Positions 36,465-47,535 of a DNA stretch of 64,000 bases are shown here, piece by piece. The DNA is from Dehalococcoidales bacterium (lineage in GTDB: Bacteria > Chloroflexota > Dehalococcoidia > Dehalococcoidales > CSSed11-197), in contig JAQUNW010000002.1 of the NCBI GenBank assembly GCA_028717385.1, forward strand, positions 3,465 to 67,464. Direction: 5' to 3'. The notes beneath the pieces are model-generated. The model was given only the letters and a program-made list of their open reading frames with translations, had not been told where the DNA came from and made no database searches. Both the position numbers and the translations under genes were made by a program. The stretch's first letter is position 1; each line of letters begins with the position of its first letter.

Positions 36465-37199
36465 ATGCGTATCGCAATTCTGGCTGATATACATGCTAAC
36501 TTGGCCGCTTTTACCGCCGTTCTTCGAGATTGTGAACAGCGAGGCGGTGTTGACGAATATTGGTTATTAGGAGACCTGGTTAATTACGGGCCTGATCCAG
36601 AAAAATGTGTGGAGATTGTGCGCCGCCTGAAACACTGCGCTATTGCGGGTAATCATGATCTGGCTGCTATCGGGAAATTATCAACTCGGTTTTTCAACCC
36701 GGATGCTGTCGCTGCCATGGAATGGACGATGCAGCAGTTAAGTCCGCGCAATATCGATTTTTTGGCAGGCTTAGAGCAAATATCTTGGCGTGGAGACTTT
36801 ATGCTGGTGCATGGAAGCCCCAGAGACCCGGTGGGAGAATACTTGATTTCCAGAGGCCAGGCTGAAGAAAACTTCCGTGTCTTTAAAAACAAGTATTGTT
36901 TCGTCGCCCATTCACATGAACCGCTGATGTTTCGTTTGGATGAAGAAGGGCATGCCTCGTTTGTAAATTTTACCGAGAGCATTGGGCAGGTACTTGGGGA
37001 TTGGCGGTTGATAATCAATCCCGGAAGTGTAGGACAGCCGCGTGACGGAGATCCAAGAGCAAGCTATGTTATGCTCGATAGTGAAACTTCAATGATCAAG
37101 CTATACCGGGTGGCTTATGACATTGGGGCAACACAATTAAAAATGGTGAGAGCTAATCTGCCCATGAGACTGGTAGCGAGGCTTGAGAAAGGGCTTTAA
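36465..37199 (+). CDS. metallophosphoesterase (YfcE/MJ0936-like)
   Basis: 'MRIAILADIHANL', 'GDLVNYGPDP', 'GNHD' and 'VHGSPRDP' motifs. Confidence 0.85.
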   Translation: MRIAILADIHANLAAFTAVLRDCEQRGGVDEYWLLGDLVNYGPDPEKCVEIVRRLKHCAIAGNHDLAAIGKLSTRFFNPDAVAAMEWTMQQLSPRNIDFLAGLEQISWRGDFMLVHGSPRDPVGEYLISRGQAEENFRVFKNKYCFVAHSHEPLMFRLDEEGHASFVNFTESIGQVLGDWRLIINPGSVGQPRDGDPRASYVMLDSETSMIKLYRVAYDIGATQLKMVRANLPMRLVARLEKGL

Positions 37200-38078
37200 T
37201 TGGAAGAAACTGAGGATAAAATAAATCAACCGTCACTTGGCAGAGAAACCAGAACGTTGCTCAAAAACGCAGGCCTTAAGGCAAAAAAGAGTCTGGGGCA
37301 GCACTTCCTGGTAGATAAGCGAGTGCTGGGCAAGATTATGGTAGCAGGGGGTGTTTCCGAAGATGATGTCGTAATAGAAGTCGGTCCGGGACTTGGCGTT
37401 TTAACTCAAGAGCTTGCCTGCCATGCCAGACAGGTGATCTGTATAGAAATCGATGCTAATTTGGCGAGTAATCTTGGTGCCAGGTTATCAGAATTTAACA
37501 ATGTCACTATCATTAACAGGGATGTGCTGGATACTTCCCCGTCTGATGTTCTCCCTCCAGGGCAAGCCCATTACAAAGTCATAGCCAATCTCCCTTACTA
37601 CATCACTTCTCCAGTACTGCGTCATTTTTTAGAAGCCAACATACCTCCTGATCTGATGGTTGTGATGGTTCAAAAAGAAGTCGCGAGATCCATTGCAGCC
37701 AAACCAGGAAAAATGAGCTTGCTGAGCGTTGGCGTTCAGCTATATGGAAGGGCAGAGATTATTGCTACAGTTCCGGCGCGGAGTTTTCATCCGGTACCCA
37801 AAGTAGAATCGGCAATCGTTCGGGTTGCCAGCTACCCCAAAGCTGTCGTGCCACAACAATATAGAAATAGCTTTTTCGATATTGTTCGCGCTGGCTTTGG
37901 ATCACCGCGAAAGCAGTTGATAAATACTCTTTCTCACGGTCTTGGGATGGATAAAGCGAGCGTGCTGGGAATAATGCTTGAGGCGGGCATCGATCCGATA
38001 AGAAGGGCAGAGAGTCTTTCAATAGATGATTGGCACCGCCTATGGTGTTTTTTTCGAGCAGGAAAAGGAGAAGGCTAG
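37200..38078 (+). CDS. rsmA: 16S rRNA (adenine1518/1519-N6)-dimethyltransferase
   Basis: 'KKSLGQHFLVD' and 'VIEVGPGLGVLT' SAM motif, plus 'NLPYYITSPVL'. Confidence 0.9.
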   Translation: MEETEDKINQPSLGRETRTLLKNAGLKAKKSLGQHFLVDKRVLGKIMVAGGVSEDDVVIEVGPGLGVLTQELACHARQVICIEIDANLASNLGARLSEFNNVTIINRDVLDTSPSDVLPPGQAHYKVIANLPYYITSPVLRHFLEANIPPDLMVVMVQKEVARSIAAKPGKMSLLSVGVQLYGRAEIIATVPARSFHPVPKVESAIVRVASYPKAVVPQQYRNSFFDIVRAGFGSPRKQLINTLSHGLGMDKASVLGIMLEAGIDPIRRAESLSIDDWHRLWCFFRAGKGEG

Positions 38079-38947
38079 TGTTTACGTTAAAAGCACCGGC
38101 AAAAATCAACCTGACTCTGGAAGTGCTCGAGAAACGCAAAGATGGATACCACGAGATCACAAGTATTATCCAGACTATTTCTTTGGCAGATATCCTGGAG
38201 TTCCAACCGGCAGAAAAATTTGTTTTCCATTGTGATAATTCAGAATGGAAAGCTGAAAAAAGCCTTGTATCCAGGGCGGCAATTTTATTCGCTTCGAATA
38301 CTGACGCTCGCTGTGGAGCCCGTATCAACATTCAAAAAAAAATTCCCCTGTCTGCCGGGCTAGGAGGCGAAAGCAGTGCGGCGGCTATTACTCTGGTAGG
38401 GCTAAACCATTTATTACATACTGAACTGCTGCCTGGCGACCTGTACCACTTGGCTGAGCAGCTGGGTAGCGATGTTCCTTTCTTCTTGACAGGGGGCACC
38501 GCGTTGGTTTCGGGACGGGGTGAAAAAGTAAGCCCACTGCCTTCCTTGCCTCATCACTGGGTTATTTTGCTTGTTCCACCGGAAATGGAGACGCCAGGTA
38601 AAACCGAGAAGATGTATTCATTACTGAAACCGATATATTTTACCTCCGGCTTGATAACAGACAGTTTCATCTCCTCTCTAACGTTGGGAAAAATGAAAAC
38701 ACTGCCCGAGCTTTACAATGTATTTGACGAGGTAGCAGGGGAGATGTTTGAAAGGATTGAATGGCACAAAGAGCAATTTTATCTGGCAGGAGCAAAATCC
38801 GTAAACATGGCAGGTTCAGGGCCGGTCCTCTTTTCTCTGGAAGAAGATGAAAGCCGGGCAGAGCAAATCACACAGCGTTTGAGCGAACGCGGCTTAAAGG
38901 CTATATTGACGCATACGCTTGATTCCAACGGGCACGATTTTATCTAG
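38078..38947 (+). CDS. ispE: 4-diphosphocytidyl-2-C-methyl-D-erythritol kinase
   Basis: 'APAKINLTLEVL.KR.DGYHEI' and 'IPLSAGLGGESSAAAITL' GHMP motif. GTG 38078 overlaps the rsmA stop (TAGTG). Confidence 0.9.
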   Translation: MFTLKAPAKINLTLEVLEKRKDGYHEITSIIQTISLADILEFQPAEKFVFHCDNSEWKAEKSLVSRAAILFASNTDARCGARINIQKKIPLSAGLGGESSAAAITLVGLNHLLHTELLPGDLYHLAEQLGSDVPFFLTGGTALVSGRGEKVSPLPSLPHHWVILLVPPEMETPGKTEKMYSLLKPIYFTSGLITDSFISSLTLGKMKTLPELYNVFDEVAGEMFERIEWHKEQFYLAGAKSVNMAGSGPVLFSLEEDESRAEQITQRLSERGLKAILTHTLDSNGHDFI

Positions 38948-38949
38948 AT

Positions 38950-40233
38950 TCAAGTTTGTTTATCGGTACATTCGTTGTTTTTCAGCAAATTTTTAGCAAG
39001 GAGGATCTCTTCTTCGCGGGTAGATATAATTCCATTCAGGCGACCTTCCTTAATATTCAGCAATGCTCGCCCTATAGCTGCATCGGGAGAGTAACCTAGT
39101 TTAATTAAATCTTCTCCACTGAGGATTGGCTTGATGTAGCGAAGCTTGGTTAGATACAGCTTAAGGCGCTCTTTAACAATCGGGTTCGATGATGTAATAG
39201 CGCCAGCTTCAATAGCCAGGGGATGCAGATTGGTGAGCAAGTGGCAGATTTCAGATTGTTTCAACTCTGTTTTATTCAAACCTTCCTGTATTTTCATCAA
39301 CTTGCATGTATCGAAAACAATTTTTGCCATGTCATTGGGAAGGTTGAGTCGGTTGATCGCGGTTTGTGTATCTGATGAATTTAATCGACAGAATAGTAAT
39401 GATAAGTAAAGGCTTGCAGGGACGGTTTGCCCGGGGTGGTTTCCCTTTGCGGTTTTAAACCATTGTATTGTTATTTCATCTACAAGCAAACCCGTGAATA
39501 TTTCTGCCAATACTGATAGACGAAAAGCCCTGATAAGAATTTCTTCTGGATTTTGCTCATTAAAAATACATTCAAACTCATACCTCAGGCGGTCTGGGGA
39601 AAGGGAACGGATGAATTTTTTATACTCTTCTATTAGTACCAAGGTACCCGGCTCAATTTTAAAACCAAACCTTTGCTCGTAGCGGATCGCTCGAAATATA
39701 CGGGTGGGGTCATCTCTAAAGCTCACGGGGTGAAGTATGCGAATAACGCCTGCCTTTAGATCGGTGAGGCCTCCCAGCGGATCAATCAGCTGGCCGTATT
39801 CTTCTCCTGATATGACTACAGCCATTGCGTTGATTGTAAAATCCCGCCGCTTGAGATCATCTTTGAGTGTTCCGGCTTGCACCAGCGGGAGCGCTCCCGG
39901 GTGTGTATAAAGTTCTTTACGGGCAGCAGCGATGTCTACAGTGAAGCCTTTTATACTGAGTTTTGCAGTCCTGAAACGCTCATGCAGGGTTATTTTACTT
40001 GGGAAATGATCAGCAATTTCCAGTGTCAGTGAGTGTGAATCTCCCTCCACAACCAGATCTATATCCTTACCTGGCAGGCCGAGAAGTAAATCCCGGACCA
40101 TGCCCCCGGCAATGTAGAGCCGTTCGCCGCGCCTGGTACAATAAGTGCCAGCTTGATTGAGTAAATGCAGGATTTCTCCCGGGAGGCTCGAACTGAGTCG
40201 TGATATGATATTTGCTCTGTCTGATGATTCCAT
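38950..40233 (-). CDS. cca: CCA-adding enzyme / poly(A) polymerase-family tRNA nucleotidyltransferase
   Basis: 'YIAGGMVRDLLLGLPGKDIDLVVEGD' and 'RRDFTINAMA' motifs. Confidence 0.8.
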   Translation of the reverse strand: MESSDRANIISRLSSSLPGEILHLLNQAGTYCTRRGERLYIAGGMVRDLLLGLPGKDIDLVVEGDSHSLTLEIADHFPSKITLHERFRTAKLSIKGFTVDIAAARKELYTHPGALPLVQAGTLKDDLKRRDFTINAMAVVISGEEYGQLIDPLGGLTDLKAGVIRILHPVSFRDDPTRIFRAIRYEQRFGFKIEPGTLVLIEEYKKFIRSLSPDRLRYEFECIFNEQNPEEILIRAFRLSVLAEIFTGLLVDEITIQWFKTAKGNHPGQTVPASLYLSLLFCRLNSSDTQTAINRLNLPNDMAKIVFDTCKLMKIQEGLNKTELKQSEICHLLTNLHPLAIEAGAITSSNPIVKERLKLYLTKLRYIKPILSGEDLIKLGYSPDAAIGRALLNIKEGRLNGIISTREEEILLAKNLLKNNECTDKQT

Positions 40234-40290
40234 AATATTCCCTGCAGATAGTTGGAAATTATATCATATAAAGATACATTAACCAGTGGA

Positions 40291-40857
40291 TTACAGAGAA
40301 CTTATCATCATATGCACGCCGATGCCGACTAATAATATTCCGCCCAAAATTTCAGCCCATCGCCCCAGTAGTTGGCTGGAGCGATTACCCAATACATAAC
40401 CGGTTACCGAAGCAATAAAAGCGGTGGCGCCAATAACAAGGCAGGCGCTGAGTAGGGGCACCTCGATCAGGGCAAAACTCAACCCTGCTGCCATGGCATC
40501 AATACTAGTAGCAACAGCCAAACCAACCAGTAGTAAACCTCTGGTATAATCTCCCGGTTTTTTTGCCTGACCTGTATTTGATATGCCTTCCCAGAGCATG
40601 CGTCCCCCGATGATGGCCAGAAGTACGAAAGCGATCCAGCCGGTGATCGAGGAGAGTACTGATAATACACTCTTGCCCAAGAGCCAGCCAATAACCGGCA
40701 TTAAACCCTGGAACAGCGAGAAGCTTGTGCCAACTCTTAGTAACGCAGGGATAGAAACCCGGTTACTGGAGGCACCTATACCCAAAGAAACCGCAAAGCA
40801 ATCGGCGCTGAGACCAAGCGCGATCAATAACAGGTAGCCAAAATCAATTTGGGGCAT
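40291..40857 (-). CDS. mntP: manganese efflux pump MntP (DUF204)
   Basis: 188 aa, six TM helices, and duplicated 'SxDxF/A' half-domains (LSADCFAVSLG / TSIDAMAAGLS). Confidence 0.85.
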   Translation of the reverse strand: MPQIDFGYLLLIALGLSADCFAVSLGIGASSNRVSIPALLRVGTSFSLFQGLMPVIGWLLGKSVLSVLSSITGWIAFVLLAIIGGRMLWEGISNTGQAKKPGDYTRGLLLVGLAVATSIDAMAAGLSFALIEVPLLSACLVIGATAFIASVTGYVLGNRSSQLLGRWAEILGGILLVGIGVHMMISSL

Positions 40858-41001
40858 TGTTTGTATAGTATGCCATAATTCCCTGGTGCACCAGAAATGA
40901 CCAGCTTTTAATCTTGTCAGGGGGTATTCTTTCGGTTATTTTAAGCTTATAATAGACAAGCTGAAAGCTGATAAAAGAGTAAAAGGGAGGAAGCTAAGCC
41001 A

Positions 41002-41988
41002 ATGGAGCGCCCAACAAGCGAATTGGATCATTTCCCCAGGCTGTTAAGAGTCTACCAGATACTCGCCGATAGTAAAGAAGGAGTTACCGCGAAGACATTG
41101 TCCAAAAATTTAGAGGTTAATGTACGCACAGTCTATCGAGATATCAAAGAACTGGAACAGGCAGGAGTCCCTATTTGGGAGGAGCAATCCAGGTATCGTA
41201 TCAGCAACAAGCATTTTCTGCCGCCGCTAAACCTGACAGTGCCGGAAGCAATCCAGGTTTTCCTTTCATTGCGGTTGCTGTTGCAGTATGCACGGCGAAA
41301 CAGTGTTGACGTGGCCAGCCTGTTTCTTAAATTAAAGAAGATTGTACCTGTGCCGTTGCAGGATGAAATCGCCAAAACTTCGCGGTGGATGCAGGATTTG
41401 CCATCAAATCCGCGGCTGAACCGTAATATTTCATTGTTGGCACAATCCTGGGTTTCCCGCTTAAGGGCAAAAATATTATATAAGTCTCTTGACGCTGAGA
41501 CTGCTACGAGCCGTATGATAGAGCCTTATTTCATAGAGCCTGCAGCCAGCGGGCGCTCATGTTATGTAATTGCATATTGCCTGTTGAAGAAAGAGATCCG
41601 TACCTTTAAAGTAGAAAGAATTCAGAGTGTTCATATAACTGAAGAAAAGTACGAGATTCCCAAAGAATTCGATGCTAATCGTTATCTTAGTCCGTCACTC
41701 GGCATCATGGTAACCAGTGATGAATTGACAAAAATCAAACTCAGGTTCAAACAGAAGATTGCACGCATTATCGAGGAATCTGTTTGGCATCCATCTCAGA
41801 AACTGGTTAATAACGAAGACGGATCTCTTACAATGACGATGGAAATAAACGAATCTCCTGAATTGGTAAAATGGGTACTTGGATGGGGGGACAGCGTTGA
41901 AGTGGTTTCGCCGGACTGGCTTCGGGATGATATAAAAAACCAGACAGCCAGGATGGCTGCTGTCTATTCTAAAACAAAACATTTTTGA
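41002..41988 (+). CDS. HTH-WYL domain transcriptional regulator (PafBC/BrxR-like architecture)
   Basis: N-terminal wHTH 'VTAKTLSKNLEVNVRTVYRDIKELEQAGVPI', central WYL region 'SCYVIAYCLLKKEIRTFKVERIQSV', and a C-terminal extension. Confidence 0.8.
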   Translation: MERPTSELDHFPRLLRVYQILADSKEGVTAKTLSKNLEVNVRTVYRDIKELEQAGVPIWEEQSRYRISNKHFLPPLNLTVPEAIQVFLSLRLLLQYARRNSVDVASLFLKLKKIVPVPLQDEIAKTSRWMQDLPSNPRLNRNISLLAQSWVSRLRAKILYKSLDAETATSRMIEPYFIEPAASGRSCYVIAYCLLKKEIRTFKVERIQSVHITEEKYEIPKEFDANRYLSPSLGIMVTSDELTKIKLRFKQKIARIIEESVWHPSQKLVNNEDGSLTMTMEINESPELVKWVLGWGDSVEVVSPDWLRDDIKNQTARMAAVYSKTKHF

Positions 41989-42024
41989 CGGGGAAAGACT
42001 CAACTAAAGGATATACTAATCGAT

Positions 42025-42525
42025 ATGCAGGATGCGTATATAGATATTGAAACCACTGGACTTTCTTCTATGTCTTGCTCGATAACAGTGGTGGGTATTT
42101 ATCGTGTGGACCAGGCCGAGAGTCAGCTGGTTCAGCTGGTTGGAAATAATATTACCCGCGCCAGTATTGAGCAAGCGGTCTGTGGAGTAGATACGATTTA
42201 TACTTATAATGGGCAAAGGTTTGATCTGCCCTTTATCTACGATGCTTTGGGACTGGATTTAAACCAGCATTGCCGGTCTCATCGGGATTTGATGTTTGAC
42301 TGTTGGCGTCATAACCTTTATGGAGGGCTAAAAAAGGTAGAAGTTAAGCTGGGCATCTCCCGCCAAATAGAGGGAATCGGTGGATGGGAAGCAGTATTGC
42401 TCTGGCGGCGCTACCAACAGTACGGTGATACCCAGGCACTAGATACCTTGCTCAAGTATAACGCCGAAGACGTAATGAACCTGAAAATACTGAAAGAAAA
42501 ACTCGATTCTATAAACCGAGTTTAG
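42025..42525 (+). CDS. RNase-H-like (YprB/PF13482-type) predicted 3'-5' exonuclease
   Basis: 'AYIDIETTGL' Exo I motif and 'TYNGQRFDLPFI' motif. Confidence 0.7.
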   Translation: MQDAYIDIETTGLSSMSCSITVVGIYRVDQAESQLVQLVGNNITRASIEQAVCGVDTIYTYNGQRFDLPFIYDALGLDLNQHCRSHRDLMFDCWRHNLYGGLKKVEVKLGISRQIEGIGGWEAVLLWRRYQQYGDTQALDTLLKYNAEDVMNLKILKEKLDSINRV

Positions 42526-42651
42526 TTATCAGTCAGTCTGGACTAGAGCTAGAAAGAGAACGTCTCCGAAGTAAACGGGCGCAATTCTGATACAGGTTTC
42601 TGAGGGGAGAGTAAGCTAATCAAGACAATCGAATAAAGGTTAGTTTTGTCC

Positions 42652-43278
42652 TTATGCTTTATTCTTTTGCCTGGCACGCTCCGGGCTAAAACGCTCTTCA
42701 ATCCAGGGATCACCGTGGTTATGATATCCGGCTTTTTCCCAGAATCCAGGTTGGTCTTTTTCGACAAACTCGATTCCGGTGACCCACTTGGCGCTCTTCC
42801 AGAAATAGAGATGGGGGACTATCAGGCGCACCGGGCCACCATGTTCAGCTTCAAGGACGTCGCCGTCCTTTACCATTGCAAGTATTACATCTTCCCTGAG
42901 GAAATCTTTTAGGGGTAAATTGGTTGTAAAACCACCTGCAGCATGGATTATTACAAAACGAGCTTTTGGATCAATCATAGTCTTATCTGCAAGAGTCCCC
43001 GCCCAAACACCAACCCAGCTAGTGTCAAGCTTTGACCAGCCTTCTACACAATGAACGTCGCAAAAAAGCTCGATCTGCGGCAGTAACACTAGATCGTTCA
43101 GGCTTAATCGAAGAGGATTTTTTACCAGACCGGAAGTTTCAATAGTCCATTCTGCAAGTTTGATGTTGGGTATAATACCTTCATGAAGTATTGGCAGATC
43201 ATCATAGACAGATTGCCCGGGTGGAATTCTGTCCTTTCTGAGTACTTCAGGGCTGATGATGCGTTTTGGTTTTTCCAT
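42652..43278 (-). CDS. sulfite-oxidase-family molybdopterin oxidoreductase (MsrP/YedY-like catalytic domain)
   Basis: 'DVHCVEGWSKLDTSWVG' Mo-ligand Cys motif and 'HGGPVRLIVPHLYFWKSAKWV'. Start at ATG 43278 with RBS GGAGGTG. Confidence 0.8.
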   Translation of the reverse strand: MEKPKRIISPEVLRKDRIPPGQSVYDDLPILHEGIIPNIKLAEWTIETSGLVKNPLRLSLNDLVLLPQIELFCDVHCVEGWSKLDTSWVGVWAGTLADKTMIDPKARFVIIHAAGGFTTNLPLKDFLREDVILAMVKDGDVLEAEHGGPVRLIVPHLYFWKSAKWVTGIEFVEKDQPGFWEKAGYHNHGDPWIEERFSPERARQKNKA

Positions 43279-43387
43279 TTGACACCTCCGGGAATTCGCC
43301 GCATTAACAACCATATTACAATAGTTTTGAGGTGCGAACCAGTATTTTGGTAAAAATGTTTGACAAATAATGTATTGTCAATTAAAT

Positions 43388-43417
43388 TAGTTTACAGAAC
43401 AATTGTTCTGTAAACTA
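43388..43417. promoter_or_regulatory. LexA operator: perfect 30-nt palindrome containing GAAC-N4-GTTC
   Basis: TAGTTTACAGAACAATTGTTCTGTAAACTA equals its own reverse complement. It overlaps the putative -10 (TAAATT 43383-43388; -35 TTGACA 43360-43365) and ends 2 nt before the lexA ATG. Confidence 0.75.
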
Positions 43418-43419
43418 AT

Positions 43420-44067
43420 ATGATGGAAATACGTAAAAAGGATCTATCTCCCCGGCAGCGTGATGTTTTGAATTTTATCCAGTCTTATTTGGATGAATAT
43501 GGTTACCCTCCAGCTATTCGTGACATTACTACAGGATGCGGAATAAGTTCCACTTCAGTTGCTTCATTCCATCTTAGAAAACTGGAACAGAAAGGTTATC
43601 TGCGCCGTCGCCCAGATATATCGCGGGGGATTGAACTTGCCAGTACTATCGATAAAGAAGAAGCCAGTATACCGTTGATAGGCGTCATTGCAGCCGGCAT
43701 GCCTATTCCGGTACCATCTGCCGATACCTGGAATGAGATTGATTCCGGAGATTTTATCAGGATTCCCCGTGCGCTGTTAGCAGGGGCAGAAAATGTATAT
43801 GCCCTCAAGGTAAAGGGGGATTCCATGCAGGACGCCCTGATTAGCGACGGGGATATTGTTATTATGGAATCAGCCAGTGTAGTAGAGAATGGACAAACCG
43901 CTGCGGTTTGGTTAAAAGATGAAAAAGAAATTACTCTTAAAAAGGTGTTTCAGGAAAATAACCATGTCCGGCTACAACCTGCCAATAAACATTATAAAGC
44001 GATAGTCACCAGTATCAACAATGTTGAAATCCAGGGAAAGGTGATAGCAGTACTGAGAAACCTCTAG
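43420..44067 (+). CDS. lexA: LexA repressor
   Basis: N-terminal wHTH 'LSPRQRDVLNFIQSYLDEYGYPPAIRDI', cleavage region 'VIAAGMP', and S24 peptidase 'VKGDSMQDA...'. Confidence 0.9.
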   Translation: MMEIRKKDLSPRQRDVLNFIQSYLDEYGYPPAIRDITTGCGISSTSVASFHLRKLEQKGYLRRRPDISRGIELASTIDKEEASIPLIGVIAAGMPIPVPSADTWNEIDSGDFIRIPRALLAGAENVYALKVKGDSMQDALISDGDIVIMESASVVENGQTAAVWLKDEKEITLKKVFQENNHVRLQPANKHYKAIVTSINNVEIQGKVIAVLRNL

Positions 44068-44141
44068 TATGGAACCGCGATTTGCGGGCTGTTTTTTAAC
44101 CGTTTTATGATAAAATATTATCCAATAATTACCGCAAGGAG

Positions 44142-45425
44142 TTGTCGTTGCCAGTATTCAAGGCTCCCCGTGGAACGCGGGACATCTTACCCGAAGAAGC
44201 GCATTATTGGGATTATATAACCAGTACTGCCAGCCATTTGTGCCGAAGTTTGGGGTATGGCTGTATAGAAACCCCCCTCTTTGAAGCTACCGGCCTTTTT
44301 TTACGAGGCGTTGGTGAAGGAACCGACATCGTGGAAAAAGAAATGTACACTTTCCAGGATCGCGGCGGCAGCTCCCTTACATTACGTCCTGAAGGCACTG
44401 CTCCGGTATGCCGGGCTTATATTGAACACGGGATGGCCAGCCTTCCCCAGCCTGTCAGAATGTATTACCTGGCACCGGCATTTCGTTATGAACGTCCCCA
44501 GGCTGGTAGAATGCGTGAACATCATCAGTTCGGTTGCGAGGTAATCGGAGACGCTTCATCGCTGGTAGATGCAGAAGTGATCAACATGGCATGGCAATTA
44601 TTCGAGCAGTTGGGTTTAAAGAAGCTTGCACTTAAATTAAATTCCATTGGTTGTGATAAATGCCGCCCCGGATATATTGATGCCTTGAAAACCTATTATG
44701 AATCCCGCGCAGATAAGCTGTGCCCGGATTGCAAGGTAAGAATGGAAAGAAATCCCCTGCGTCTGCTCGACTGCAAGGAGGATAGCTGCCAGCACATCGC
44801 CGATAACGCTCCGCGAAGTGTGGATTGTTTATGTGAAGATTGTTCCAGTCACCTTAGTTCTTTAAGAAAATATCTAGACCTGGCTGGGCTGGACTACGAT
44901 GTTAGTCATCGGCTGGTTCGTGGGCTGGATTATTATACTCGCACAGTATTTGAAATTCAGCCTGAAAGCATTGGTTCACAGAGTACTATTGGTGGTGGTG
45001 GTCGTTATGACAGGCTGATTGAACAAATCGGGGGAAAGCCGACACCAGCGATTGGGTTCGCTACGGGAATTGAACGGATTATTTTGAATTTGAAAGAACA
45101 AAACGTTGTTGTGCCGGGGCTTCCTTCTCCGAAAGTGTTTATTGCCCATATGGGAGAAGAAGCCAAAAACGCAGCCTTCCTGACTTCGAATGACCTGCAG
45201 CGGTGTGGAATAGGGGCAATTATCGCCGGAGAGGATAAAAGTTTAAAAGCCCAGCTCAGACAGGCAAATAATCTGGGCATGAAAATTGTGGTTATCATTG
45301 GATCCGAGGAGCTTCAGGAAGGTATGGTGGTAGTGCGTGATTTGGAAACGGGAACGCAGGAAAAGATCGATAAGCGTTCTCTTCCAGACAATCTGAGTGC
45401 CTTCAGAATAGCTAAATCCAGCTAG
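44142..45425 (+). CDS. hisS: histidine--tRNA ligase
   Basis: 'PRGTRDILPEE', 'RYERPQAGRMREHHQFGCE' and 'GGGGRYDRL' class-II motifs. TTG start at 44142 or 44148. Confidence 0.95.
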   Translation: MSLPVFKAPRGTRDILPEEAHYWDYITSTASHLCRSLGYGCIETPLFEATGLFLRGVGEGTDIVEKEMYTFQDRGGSSLTLRPEGTAPVCRAYIEHGMASLPQPVRMYYLAPAFRYERPQAGRMREHHQFGCEVIGDASSLVDAEVINMAWQLFEQLGLKKLALKLNSIGCDKCRPGYIDALKTYYESRADKLCPDCKVRMERNPLRLLDCKEDSCQHIADNAPRSVDCLCEDCSSHLSSLRKYLDLAGLDYDVSHRLVRGLDYYTRTVFEIQPESIGSQSTIGGGGRYDRLIEQIGGKPTPAIGFATGIERIILNLKEQNVVVPGLPSPKVFIAHMGEEAKNAAFLTSNDLQRCGIGAIIAGEDKSLKAQLRQANNLGMKIVVIIGSEELQEGMVVVRDLETGTQEKIDKRSLPDNLSAFRIAKSS

Positions 45426-45582
45426 TATAATAATCAGGCATAGATATGGTATAATAAAGCTAAATGGACGGTATTTTTGTATCCTGCGTCGCGTTTTGTT
45501 GTTCCCAAGGTTTGTTTTCATGATGGAATGCGCTTATAGGGTTTACTAAAGCCGCTCAAAGTCCCTGATAGGAGTACGCTAG

Positions 45583-47514
<1,932 letters not shown>

Positions 47515-47535
47515 TCCGAATACTATATAGCTGGT

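Noticed and set aside
40858-41001. yybP-ykoY (Mn) riboswitch upstream of mntP.
   Set aside because: Neither strand shows the conserved GGGGAGUAG ... UUGACA ... AGACC elements by eye. This cannot be excluded without a covariance-model scan.
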